From an archaeon (lineage in GTDB: Archaea > Iainarchaeota > Iainarchaeia > Iainarchaeales > Iainarchaeaceae): a DNA stretch of 21,323 bases. The stretch is taken from contig JBBSVV010000041.1 in the NCBI GenBank assembly GCA_038046625.1, positions 1 through 21,323 of the forward strand. The letters are read 5' to 3'. This document shows, one piece after another, positions 8,947-17,354 of the stretch (its first letter is position 1; every line of letters starts with the position of its first letter). The position numbers and the translations under genes were made by a program. The notes under the pieces were generated by a model. It was not told the origin of the DNA. It worked only from the letters and a program-made list of their open reading frames with translations, and ran no database searches.

Positions 8947-11157
8947 TCACAGGCCCTTCTTCCTTATGAAAAAATAATAAACCGCAAAGACAAGAGCAAT
9001 CAGTATCAGGAACACTATGCCCAAAACAAGCAGAACCGCAATGCCCACAATGACGAGGTTGGTTGTGTTCCACTCTATCGGCGGCAAAGAGGAAACCAGT
9101 TTGCTGAAGTCGAGCAGCGAAGAGAACGCCAGCACGGAGGTGTCGGTGGTTCCCTTCAGGACTATCGGAGGCGAAATGTAATAGTTCAGCACATTGGATG
9201 AAAGCAATAAGTCCGCCTGTTCCTTAGAGAGCTTCTCGCTTATAGAGTAAACGATTTTTTTGCCTGAAGAACCGGAAATCTGGAACGGGCCGAAAACCAG
9301 TATTGGATCGTTCTGGAGAACCCTGAAATCTTCCGCGGAAGCGAGAAGCGCGCCATTGTCCACAAACTTTTTCGGGACCACTTCGAGTACCTGCAACAAA
9401 GCATTTTCATCGCCCGCAGCTGAAAGCGCAATTTCAATCGTGGCTTTGTAGTAAGTTTCGTTGCCGCTTTTAACCTGAAGCAATACGAGCTTCCTCGAGG
9501 GCTGCGTCTCCTGAATCAGCTGCTTTGCCTCTTCGGAAAGGCCTGAGCCTATTCCGGAGGCCCTGAGGAAAACATCCAGCTGGTCCTGGTTGTAGACATA
9601 AACCTTCTCGCTGTACTTTGAGAAAGAGATTCCGCTCCTGAACGAGGCGTAGGCATCCTTTGCCTTCTTTGCATACTGCTGCGCCATGTCATAATAATAG
9701 CCCTTCTCAAAAAGACCCTTCGAATAGGCAAGGTTCGAATCAGCATTCGCAATGGATTCCCGCGCATATCCGACCGCGATGCCGTTCAATTCAAGCGAAC
9801 TAAGGTATTCTGTTGAAGCGGCACGCTCGCTCTCAGCAGCGGAAATCGCACTTGAGGCATTTGTGCGCGCAAAAAAAGTGTTCTGCAGGCTGTAAACGCC
9901 CGAATCCTCTGCAACATTTCCCGCGCCATCGGAAGCCAACACAATTACGGTAAAGCGCCCGTTGTCATAATTCAAAGTATTCCAATCGAAAACATACCGC
10001 CCGGATTCCAATGTCGCTTCACCCAAAACTTTTTTGGCGGCGCCGTCATCAAGCAGGAGCTCAAGTTTTCTGATTCCAGAAGCGTTTTCCCCTGGATCTG
10101 AGCCGTCAATTTCGAACCGAGCCATTTCCGTCAAAACAACCGAAGAGGAAGGCGCGAGTATCCTCACTTGAGGCGAAAACTCGTCAAAAATAAAATGCGA
10201 CTCCGCGGTGCACTCGACAAAATCATCGTCTATCGCGGAAAAGAAAATGTTATAATCGCCGTTAGATTTTCCGGAAAGAGGATAACCAACAGCAAGGGAA
10301 TCCGAACGCTCGGTTCCGTCAACCAGCGCATATTCTGTTCCGCCGGGTGCGGTTACAACAAGGCGGCCCTTCTTGAAAAAGCCATTTGATTCAATCCCGA
10401 TGCTAAGGTTTCCGTCAGTCTTTTTCGTGTTTATGGAAAACTCGATGCCGCAAAAAGAAGCCGTCAGGACAGAGGCCGCTGAACTCACAACACCGAGGTT
10501 CCCCGCATTGTCAACAGGCTGGACCTTGTAATGGAACCGGTAACCCTCGCCAATCGCAAAATTCGTGTCTGTAAATGAAGTGCCTTCCAATTTGGCGCCG
10601 ATTTTTTTGGCAACCGCATCCCTGACGCTGAACTCCCTGTTGTAACCCAGCAAGGGATCGTAAACGAAACGGAGCGTGCTTCTATAAAGATTATAATAGG
10701 CTACTCCCGAAAGCGAATCTTCCGAAGCGCCCCACTGGACCAAAACACCGCCATCATCAAGGGAAGTCACAGTAATATTTTTAGGCCTTGAAGGACCGGA
10801 ACTGTCAACCTTAAGCTCATAATGCGTGGTGTCGCTCCAAGTATTGCCTGCCTTGGCGCGCACGTGCAGCCAGTAAATCCCGTCAAGCCTGGAACCCAAA
10901 GCAATCCTGGAGCCGTCATCGGTAACCTTTACGCCTTCATCGCCTATGTTCGGAACGGTGTCGGGGCTCTGGTCAATAAGATAAAGGAACTGCGAAGCCC
11001 CGGAATAGTCAAATTCGACAAAAATGTACTGGCTGTTCCCCCATTCGCCATCTGGATACGTGTTGCTTGCAACCTTTGGGCCTGCGGCAAAAACAAGCGA
11101 AGACAACAAAAGGAAAAAGCACGCAACCAAAAGCTTTTTTGAAGTAATCCGCAACAA
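8947..11157 (-). CDS. Membrane-anchored surface protein with fibronectin-III/Ig-like domains
   Basis: N-terminal signal peptide; FN3-like W..S.D..SGV..YNLYR and Y.V..VDNAGN; Ig-like WNT...NG.F...V.ASDGAGN; C-terminal hydrophobic stretch then RKKGL. Confidence 0.75.
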   Translation of the reverse strand: MLRITSKKLLVACFFLLLSSLVFAAGPKVASNTYPDGEWGNSQYIFVEFDYSGASQFLYLIDQSPDTVPNIGDEGVKVTDDGSRIALGSRLDGIYWLHVRAKAGNTWSDTTHYELKVDSSGPSRPKNITVTSLDDGGVLVQWGASEDSLSGVAYYNLYRSTLRFVYDPLLGYNREFSVRDAVAKKIGAKLEGTSFTDTNFAIGEGYRFHYKVQPVDNAGNLGVVSSAASVLTASFCGIEFSINTKKTDGNLSIGIESNGFFKKGRLVVTAPGGTEYALVDGTERSDSLAVGYPLSGKSNGDYNIFFSAIDDDFVECTAESHFIFDEFSPQVRILAPSSSVVLTEMARFEIDGSDPGENASGIRKLELLLDDGAAKKVLGEATLESGRYVFDWNTLNYDNGRFTVIVLASDGAGNVAEDSGVYSLQNTFFARTNASSAISAAESERAASTEYLSSLELNGIAVGYARESIANADSNLAYSKGLFEKGYYYDMAQQYAKKAKDAYASFRSGISFSKYSEKVYVYNQDQLDVFLRASGIGSGLSEEAKQLIQETQPSRKLVLLQVKSGNETYYKATIEIALSAAGDENALLQVLEVVPKKFVDNGALLASAEDFRVLQNDPILVFGPFQISGSSGKKIVYSISEKLSKEQADLLLSSNVLNYYISPPIVLKGTTDTSVLAFSSLLDFSKLVSSLPPIEWNTTNLVIVGIAVLLVLGIVFLILIALVFAVYYFFIRKKGL

Positions 11158-11261
11158 AACACCTTAGAATATCAGGAGGAAAACAAATAAAAGCAAATGC
11201 AAAAAATCGGAAAAAGCCCTTCCAAAAGAGTTGACACTACGAACCGATGAAAAAATCGGTA

Positions 11262-11375
11262 TGGGGTCGGCGGGATTTGAACCCGCGACACACCGGTCTT
11301 CAGCCGATTGCTCTCCTAAGCCTGCAGCAAGTAGCCTTTGCAGCCCTTAACCGCATCAGGCTGAGCTACGACCCC
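11262..11375 (-). tRNA. tRNA-Phe(GAA) with a 40-nt intron in the D-loop (11317-11356)
   Basis: GGGGTCG/CGACCCC acceptor stem, GCTC/GAGC D-stem, ATCGG-CTGAAGA-CCGGT anticodon arm, GCGGG-TTCAAAT-CCCGC T-arm. Removing the intron restores D-loop AGCCTGGGA. Confidence 0.93.
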
Positions 11376-11400
11376 ATAACAATAAGTCATTAGGCAAATA

Positions 11401-11408
11401 CTTTTAAA
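11401..11408 (-). promoter_or_regulatory. TATA box for tRNA-Phe
   Basis: TTTAAAAG on the minus strand, 26 nt upstream of the tRNA 5' end. Confidence 0.55.
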
Positions 11409-11507
11409 GTCTTGGCAGGGCGTTTAAGCCTTTCAACCGTTTTGCCCAAACGCCTTTTTTTGATTGGATGGGTAAAAAAATTGCTCTCTGAGAGCTTGAT
11501 TATATCA

Positions 11508-11523
11508 CATTGCCGGTGCGAAA
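11508..11523. repeat. 16-bp direct repeat, copy 1 (CATTGCCGGTGCGAAA)
   Basis: Exact match to 12898-12913. Confidence 0.9.
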
Positions 11524-11525
11524 AC

Positions 11526-11837
11526 CTAATTAGATTTTTTTAAACCCAGGTTTCCTGCAATAAATATTATCACAAATGCAGCAGGAACTATCAAAACATA
11601 ATTAGTTTTTTCAAGGTTCAAGAAATAAATAATAGAGATTAATACAGAGCTAACGACCAAGCACAAGCCAACGATTCGTGAAAAACGCAAAGCCTTTTCT
11701 TTATCATAGACATCAACAACTTTAGGGCCGCCATGGGGATTAGTTCTGAGATACGGCAACAAAATAGCAGGCTTAACAAGAAAAAATAATCCCGCTAAAA
11801 AAGCGAAGAGAAAAGCTACATACGTTAAATCAAGCAT
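11526..11837 (-). CDS. Small hypothetical membrane protein
   Basis: 103 aa with about three hydrophobic segments; AT-rich; no family recognised. Confidence 0.65.
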   Translation of the reverse strand: MLDLTYVAFLFAFLAGLFFLVKPAILLPYLRTNPHGGPKVVDVYDKEKALRFSRIVGLCLVVSSVLISIIYFLNLEKTNYVLIVPAAFVIIFIAGNLGLKKSN

Positions 11838-11870
11838 AAAAAAAGCCAGTTTACAAACAAAATAAAAAGG

Positions 11871-11969
11871 CGAGCCCGGAGGGATTTGAACCCTCGATCC
11901 CCTGGTTGCTCCAATTAACTTGTATTAATTCTAAGAGCCAGATGCTTTACCAAGCTAAGCTACGGGCCC
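11871..11969 (-). tRNA. tRNA-Lys(CUU) with a 25-nt canonical 37/38 intron (11907-11931)
   Basis: GGGCCCG/CGGGCTC acceptor; TCTGG-CTCTTA[intron]A-CCAGG; BHB helix CTCT/GGAG with TAG and CAA bulges; intron stem AATTAAT/GTTAATT. Confidence 0.95.
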
Positions 11970-11978
11970 GTGGTGTAG

Positions 11979-12851
11979 TTAGCCTTTTATGCCATTAAAT
12001 TTCTCTACTAAGACATGTTTTTTATGCTTTCCTATGTTGTGCCCTTTCGTGATAATTCCATGCTCAAAATTGACTTTTTCAATAAACTCGCGAAAATTGG
12101 TTTTATTCCTTTTTACCACCAGATGGAAAATATCACCATAAACAGGATTTGTCTTTATTCTCTTAACACATTTTATGTCTAGTTGGCCATGAAGCCTAAT
12201 CAAGTCATCAATCATCCTCTCACTTTTTGAGGTTCCGGAAAGTTCCCCGTCATCCGCTATGCACCCCTCGTCATCCCAGAAAGCCCTCAAAAAAGCAGCC
12301 TTGACTAAATAAGATGAACAGAGAATTTGTTCTGGTATTCCGACATTGTTGGAGGTGCTAAACGTCGGTGAAATTGATACAAGGTAATCGTAAACGCGTT
12401 TTGAATACGCCTCAACCTGATACCAGTCAACATTCACCCCTTTGAAGCATTGAATTGCCCCACACTCAATCCCGAAACAAATCTCGACATTTTCAATAAA
12501 TTTGTTCACGGCGGCCAAAGAAGCGTTGGTGTAGGAAATAGTGTATTTCCCATGAAAGGCATTGACGGAGCCGTCAAAAAACAGCCGGCCCAAAAGATTA
12601 GCAAAATTCTCGTCAACAATAGGATATTTTATTTGCTTTTGCACAGCAAAAGAAGCGGCAAATTTACTTCTAGTGCGCGATTCCACTTCTTCAATAGCAC
12701 GCATAGCTTCATCTGAAAGAATAAAGTTTCTGGAATACTTGAAAACAGTGGCAGGACTTAAAGCCAGTTCCCTTGCAATGCGCTTATAGCCAAAGCCATT
12801 GCTTCGCAACAAATTAATATTTTCAACTTCAAGAGGAGAGAGGGCTTGCAT
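11979..12851 (-). CDS. Free-standing LAGLIDADG endonuclease-like protein with N-terminal HTH
   Basis: HTH-like GFGYKRIARELALSPATVFKY; motifs ANLLGRLFFDGSV and AAFLRAFWDDEGCI; no intein splicing termini. Confidence 0.85.
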   Translation of the reverse strand: MQALSPLEVENINLLRSNGFGYKRIARELALSPATVFKYSRNFILSDEAMRAIEEVESRTRSKFAASFAVQKQIKYPIVDENFANLLGRLFFDGSVNAFHGKYTISYTNASLAAVNKFIENVEICFGIECGAIQCFKGVNVDWYQVEAYSKRVYDYLVSISPTFSTSNNVGIPEQILCSSYLVKAAFLRAFWDDEGCIADDGELSGTSKSERMIDDLIRLHGQLDIKCVKRIKTNPVYGDIFHLVVKRNKTNFREFIEKVNFEHGIITKGHNIGKHKKHVLVEKFNGIKG

Positions 12852-12897
12852 AACAAAGAAATGATTAACGCGAATAAGCCGCTTTCGAAAGACGGCG

Positions 12898-12913
12898 CAT
12901 TGCCGGTGCGAAA
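12898..12913. repeat. 16-bp direct repeat, copy 2 (CATTGCCGGTGCGAAA)
   Basis: Exact match to 11508-11523. Confidence 0.9.
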
Positions 12914-12980
12914 TCTATAGCGCAATCAATAGAATACTCGGAAGTTCACACGACAAACACTTTTGCTTCCGACCCAAAAA

Positions 12981-14474
12981 TCACTTTTTCTCAGGCTTCA
13001 TCTGCGGGAAAAAAATCACATCCTTAATAGTAGGCTGGCCTGTGAGCAACATAGCCATTCTATCAATGCCAATTCCCAATCCGCCAGTCGGAGGCATGCC
13101 ATACTTCAAGGCCTCGACAAAGTCCTCATCAGGCGGATGTGTTTCACCCTTGGCTCTTCCTTGATCAGCCTGCTCCGCGAAAAATTTCTCCTGCAAATCA
13201 GGGTCATTTAATTCAGAGTAAGCATTGGAAAGCTCCCAACCGTTAACAAAAACCTCAAATCGCTCAATGAGCTCAGGATTGCCCCTCTTCAACTTGCACA
13301 AAGGAGTCGTTTCCTTCGGGTGGTCAATGACAAAAGTCGGCTGAATCAAATGATGCTCACACAAATGCCCAAACAATTCGGCAATCGCAAGGCCGCGCTT
13401 GAAAGGCTCTACACCCAATTCGCTCTGCTTCAACAATTTTTTCAAATCCGCATCAGAAAGCTTTGCAACATCAAGCTGGGCATACTTCTTCAAAGCATCA
13501 GCCAATGTAATGCGCGGCCACGGAGCCTTGAAATCAATCTCCTTACCCTCGTAAGTTACCTTGGCTGTGCCATTTATTTGCTTTGCAACAAACTCAAACA
13601 AATTTTCAGTTAGTTTCATTACATCATTGTAATCCCAATATGAAGCATAACACTCCATCATCGTAAACTCGGGATTATGGGTTTTGTCAACATCCTCATT
13701 CCTAAAATTCTTACAAATAGTGAAAACCCTGTCAAAGCCGCCGACAATAAGACGCTTCAAATAAAGCTCCGGAGAAATAGAAAGGTAAAAATCAGATTTC
13801 CAGGCGTGGCTCTTGGTGACAAAAGGCCTGGCATTTGCACCGCCATAAGTCGGCTGCAGCAAAGGAATCTCAACTTCCAAAAAATTCTCCCTAACCAAAA
13901 ACTCGCGCACCATTGAAATTATTTTAGCGCGCTTCACGAACACACTTTTGATTTCAGGGTTCGCAATCAAATCCAAATAACGCTTCCGGTAACGGACCTC
14001 AATATCCGCGAGGCCATGCCACTTCTCAGGCATCGGGAGAACGGACTTCGAGAGGAAAGTTATTTTCTTGGCTAAAACAGAAAGCTCACCCTTCTTCGTC
14101 TTGATGACAACACCATCAACACCGATGAAATCGCCGGCATCAACATGATTCAACATTTCAAAGGATTTTTTATCGATTTCCGCCTCGGAAGCGGCAACCT
14201 GAATCAAACCTTTAGAATCCTGCAAGGAAATAAAATACAGCTTTCCAAAGCCGCGCTTAATCATCACACGCCCAGCAATTCTTGCTTCCTCTTTTGTGTG
14301 ATCACCGGCTTTAAGCTTTGAATCAAACTTTTCCTTCAAGCCTACAGAAAAATGCGCAGGATTGTAAGAATATGGATAAGGCTCAATACCCATCTTCTTC
14401 AAAGCGGCAAGATTATTCCTCTTGCTCTCAATCAACTCATCAATTCCGATGGACATCCAAAAACAATACTCCAT
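12981..14474 (-). CDS. lysS: Lysyl-tRNA synthetase, class II (start may be ATG at 14456)
   Basis: OB fold (AGRVM..R.FGK, GDFIGVDG..TKKGELS), RYRKRYLDL, GGANARPF, ISPELYLKRL, FRNE..D.THNPEFT, YGMPPTGGLGIGIDR. Confidence 0.97.
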   Translation of the reverse strand: MEYCFWMSIGIDELIESKRNNLAALKKMGIEPYPYSYNPAHFSVGLKEKFDSKLKAGDHTKEEARIAGRVMIKRGFGKLYFISLQDSKGLIQVAASEAEIDKKSFEMLNHVDAGDFIGVDGVVIKTKKGELSVLAKKITFLSKSVLPMPEKWHGLADIEVRYRKRYLDLIANPEIKSVFVKRAKIISMVREFLVRENFLEVEIPLLQPTYGGANARPFVTKSHAWKSDFYLSISPELYLKRLIVGGFDRVFTICKNFRNEDVDKTHNPEFTMMECYASYWDYNDVMKLTENLFEFVAKQINGTAKVTYEGKEIDFKAPWPRITLADALKKYAQLDVAKLSDADLKKLLKQSELGVEPFKRGLAIAELFGHLCEHHLIQPTFVIDHPKETTPLCKLKRGNPELIERFEVFVNGWELSNAYSELNDPDLQEKFFAEQADQGRAKGETHPPDEDFVEALKYGMPPTGGLGIGIDRMAMLLTGQPTIKDVIFFPQMKPEKK

Positions 14475-14498
14475 TCACCAATTTAGACATTTGCTCAG

Positions 14499-14572
14499 CG
14501 AGCCCGAGGGGATTTGAACCCCCGACACACGGATTAAAAGTCCGTTGCTCTACCAAGCTGAGCTACGGGCCC
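14499..14572 (-). tRNA. tRNA-Lys(UUU), no intron
   Basis: GGGCCCG TA GCTC AGCTTGGTA GAGC A ACGGA CTTTTAA TCCGT GTGTC GGGGG TTCAAAT CCCCT CGGGCTC G. Confidence 0.97.
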
Positions 14573-14642
14573 TGGAATCTAAATATTCGCCTAGAACAGC
14601 TTTTTTAAGGTTACTAATGGCAAAGCCTGTTCTTCGGGGGCG

Positions 14643-15983
14643 TTAGTTCTCGGGCAGGATTTCCTTTGCCCCATTCATGTAAGGCTGCAAAGCCTTCGGG
14701 ATTTTGATTGCCCCGTCCTCATAATGCGTTTCAACTATAGCGCGCAAGGCCCTCGAAGTGGCAACAGCAGTGCTGTTCAAAGTATGAACATACTCTTTCG
14801 AGCCGTCCTTGAGCCGGAACTTTATGTTGGAGCGCACAGCCTGATAGGATGTGCAGTTGCTGCATGAAACAACCTCCCTGTATTCTGACTCGCGGGGCAT
14901 CCAGACCTCAAGGTCATACTTTTTTGCCGCAACAATGCCTATGTCACCGGTGCAAATGTTCACAACGCGGCAAGCCAAGCCCAAATCGGAAAAAATTTCC
15001 TCCGCATTCTTCAAAAGCTCCTCGTGGAATTTCCAGGAATCTTGAGGCTTGCAGAAAATGAACTGCTCAATCTTGTTGAACTGGTGAACGCGGAAAATGC
15101 CGCGCGTGTCAATGCCGTGCTTACCTATTTCGCGCCTGAAACAAGGGCTCAGGCCCGCAAACTTTATGGGCAATTTTTCCTCAGGGAGGATTTCGTCACG
15201 AAACATCGCAGCCATCGGGTGCTCCGAAGTCGCAATCAAATAAAGGTCTTCGGAATCAATTTTGTACATCACGTTCTCGAAATCAGCGAGATCGGTTACG
15301 CCGGAGTAAGCCTCCCTGTTCATCAGGAACGGAGGCTCAATGAGAGTGTAGCCCTTTGAAATGAGCCTGTCCAAAGCGAAGCGCTGCAGCGCAATATCAA
15401 GCAAAGCAAACCTGCCTTTCAAAAAATAAAAGCCGGCACCGGCAACTTTTGCGGCGCGCGTAAAATCGGCCCAGCCATTCTTTTCCAAAATCTCGCCATG
15501 CGGCGCGAGTTCGGGGCGAGAAACCTTTTTCCCGGATTCACGAACAACCACATTTTCGGAAGAATCCTTGCCTGCCGGAACGGAGTCATGCAGAACATTT
15601 GGGAGGCGCATCAAAAACCAATCTATTTTTTCCTTCAACGGAGCAGCCTCGTTCTCGGCATTTTTGATTTTTTCCGTTATTTTTTTACTTTCAGTAATTA
15701 AATCTAGTTGTTTTGGGGAGGAGCGGGATTTCTTATAATTCCCACCTCCAATATTAGAGTTTTTTACAATAGTTGTTTTCTTTTGAGCTATGAGTTTGGT
15801 CATTTGCTCAGTAAGTTCATTCCTTTTCGCGCGCAGGGATTCGGCTTCCTGCAAAGCTTCGCGGTAATCCTTATCCATTTTCAGGAGTTCGTCGACCCAA
15901 CCGAGCTTCTCGGAATCCCGACGCTTCTTTAAGTCTTTTTTTACGAGCGCAGAGTTTTCGCGCACAAAGCGTATGTCAAGCAT
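14643..15983 (-). CDS. serS: Seryl-tRNA synthetase, standard (non-methanogen) type
   Basis: MLDIRFVREN start, coiled coil, LIATSEHP, CFRREIG, GIFRVHQFNKIEQF, EVVSCSNC, HTLNSTA. The ORF-track start at 16112 overlaps trm56. Confidence 0.96.
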   Translation of the reverse strand: MLDIRFVRENSALVKKDLKKRRDSEKLGWVDELLKMDKDYREALQEAESLRAKRNELTEQMTKLIAQKKTTIVKNSNIGGGNYKKSRSSPKQLDLITESKKITEKIKNAENEAAPLKEKIDWFLMRLPNVLHDSVPAGKDSSENVVVRESGKKVSRPELAPHGEILEKNGWADFTRAAKVAGAGFYFLKGRFALLDIALQRFALDRLISKGYTLIEPPFLMNREAYSGVTDLADFENVMYKIDSEDLYLIATSEHPMAAMFRDEILPEEKLPIKFAGLSPCFRREIGKHGIDTRGIFRVHQFNKIEQFIFCKPQDSWKFHEELLKNAEEIFSDLGLACRVVNICTGDIGIVAAKKYDLEVWMPRESEYREVVSCSNCTSYQAVRSNIKFRLKDGSKEYVHTLNSTAVATSRALRAIVETHYEDGAIKIPKALQPYMNGAKEILPEN

Positions 15984-16043
15984 AAAAGCACAATAAATCC
16001 AAGGAGAAGAAACAATAAAAAGTGCTCTAAGGCAAGAATTTTT

Positions 16044-16577
16044 ATGGCAAAAGAAGTCGTCGTGCTCCGTTACGGGCATAGGCATGTCCGCGATTATAGG
16101 GTTACGAGCCACTGCTGCCTCGTGGCAAGGGCATTCGGTGCCCGCAAAATAGAAATCGTCGGGGACAAGGACGAGAACATAGAAAAGACATTAAACGAAA
16201 TGAACGCGCATTGGGGCAAAGGCGCAGAAATAGAATTCGTTGACAGCTGGAGAAAAAGAATGGAACATTACCACTCCAAAGGATTCACAAGTGTGCACCT
16301 GACAATGTACGGGATTCCGGTTGAAAAAGCCGAAAAGGAGCTGAGGAAAAAAGAAAAGCTGCTGGTAATCATTGGCTCGCAAAAAGTCGAAAAGGAAGTT
16401 TATGAAAAAGCGCATTACAACATTTCGGTTACGCTGCAGCCGCACTCGGAAATAGCGGCGCTTGCGGTTTTCCTTGACCGCGTCCTCGAAGGAAAGGAAC
16501 TCGCAACAGTTTTTCCGGAGGCAAAAATAAATGTTGTTCCGAACGAGCGCGGAAAAAGCGTGAAAAAAACAGATTAA
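16044..16577 (+). CDS. trm56: tRNA (cytidine56-2'-O)-methyltransferase, SPOUT family
   Basis: LRYGHRHVRDYRVTSH..LVARAFGA, VHLTMYG, IGSQKV, QPHSEIAALAVFLD. Confidence 0.93.
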   Translation: MAKEVVVLRYGHRHVRDYRVTSHCCLVARAFGARKIEIVGDKDENIEKTLNEMNAHWGKGAEIEFVDSWRKRMEHYHSKGFTSVHLTMYGIPVEKAEKELRKKEKLLVIIGSQKVEKEVYEKAHYNISVTLQPHSEIAALAVFLDRVLEGKELATVFPEAKINVVPNERGKSVKKTD

Positions 16578-16587
16578 TGGTATGGCG

Positions 16588-16595
16588 TTTAAAAA
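16588..16595 (+). promoter_or_regulatory. TATA box for a probably leaderless tfe transcript
   Basis: TTTAAAAA ending 26 nt before the ATG at 16622; no SD visible. Confidence 0.5.
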
Positions 16596-16621
16596 GCAAT
16601 ATTCAATAGTAGAATTATAAT

Positions 16622-17164
16622 ATGCCAAGGGTCCCCAAGAAGCAAATTTACGAATTCGAGCTGGCAAAGGACTTCCTCAAGCAGATTGGCGGAGACTACG
16701 CGATTGAAGTTGTGAAAATATGCTCGGCCAAAAGAAACCCGGTTACCGATGAGGAAATAGGAAAGAAACTGCCCTTGAAAATCACTGAAATACGGACCAT
16801 ACTCAACAGGCTGCATTACCGCGGAATAGCATGTTACTACAAGACAAAAAACCCGAAAACGGGCTGGTGCTCCTACACCTGGGAAGTCAAAAACAGCAGG
16901 ATAGCCGAACTGCTGCTCGAGAAGCAGACAGAAGGCATATCCAAACTGGAAAAAGGCATGGAGTTCGAGGGAACGCACGCCTTCTTCAGCGCCGGAAAAG
17001 GCATGACTGAGTACCCCTTCGAAATAGCGGCAGAGTATGATTTCAAATGCCCCGAAACAGGGAAGTCATTGGAAGCGGTAAACATGCAAAAGAAGGTAAA
17101 GGAGCTGAAAAAGAAGATAGAAGTTATGAAAATAGAAGTTGAACAGCTCCAGAAATTCATATAA
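16622..17164 (+). CDS. tfe: Transcription factor E (TFE alpha)
   Basis: Winged helix TDEEIG..L..KITEIRTILNRL...GI..Y......TGW..YTW; remnant Zn ribbon FEIAAEYDFKCP.TG..L; C-terminal coiled coil. Confidence 0.9.
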   Translation: MPRVPKKQIYEFELAKDFLKQIGGDYAIEVVKICSAKRNPVTDEEIGKKLPLKITEIRTILNRLHYRGIACYYKTKNPKTGWCSYTWEVKNSRIAELLLEKQTEGISKLEKGMEFEGTHAFFSAGKGMTEYPFEIAAEYDFKCPETGKSLEAVNMQKKVKELKKKIEVMKIEVEQLQKFI

Positions 17165-17354
17165 AAACACAAATTCTTGGACAAGTTTCAAAACAACCGC
17201 AACCATTAAACTTAACCAAACTAAAGCAAATTACAACTTATAAAAGAAAAATAAAGCCAAATAAGACTTGAATTTAGTAAAACGACCCTAAAAATGCCAA
17301 TTAGTGAGCGGTACCTTTATTTAAAGCTTTTGCAAGAGCATTATTAGATTATAG

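Noticed and set aside
11317..11356. ORF in the tRNA-Phe intron (begins ATG)
   Set aside because: Only 13 codons, no SD and no stop within the intron.
11979..12851. Intein- or intron-encoded endonuclease
   Set aside because: No splicing termini, no interrupted host gene, and the adjacent tRNA is complete.
11508..12913. CRISPR array
   Set aside because: Only two 16-bp copies 1.4 kb apart; no cas genes.
15984..16112. N-terminal extension of serS
   Set aside because: Overlaps trm56 on the opposite strand; MLDI is the canonical start.
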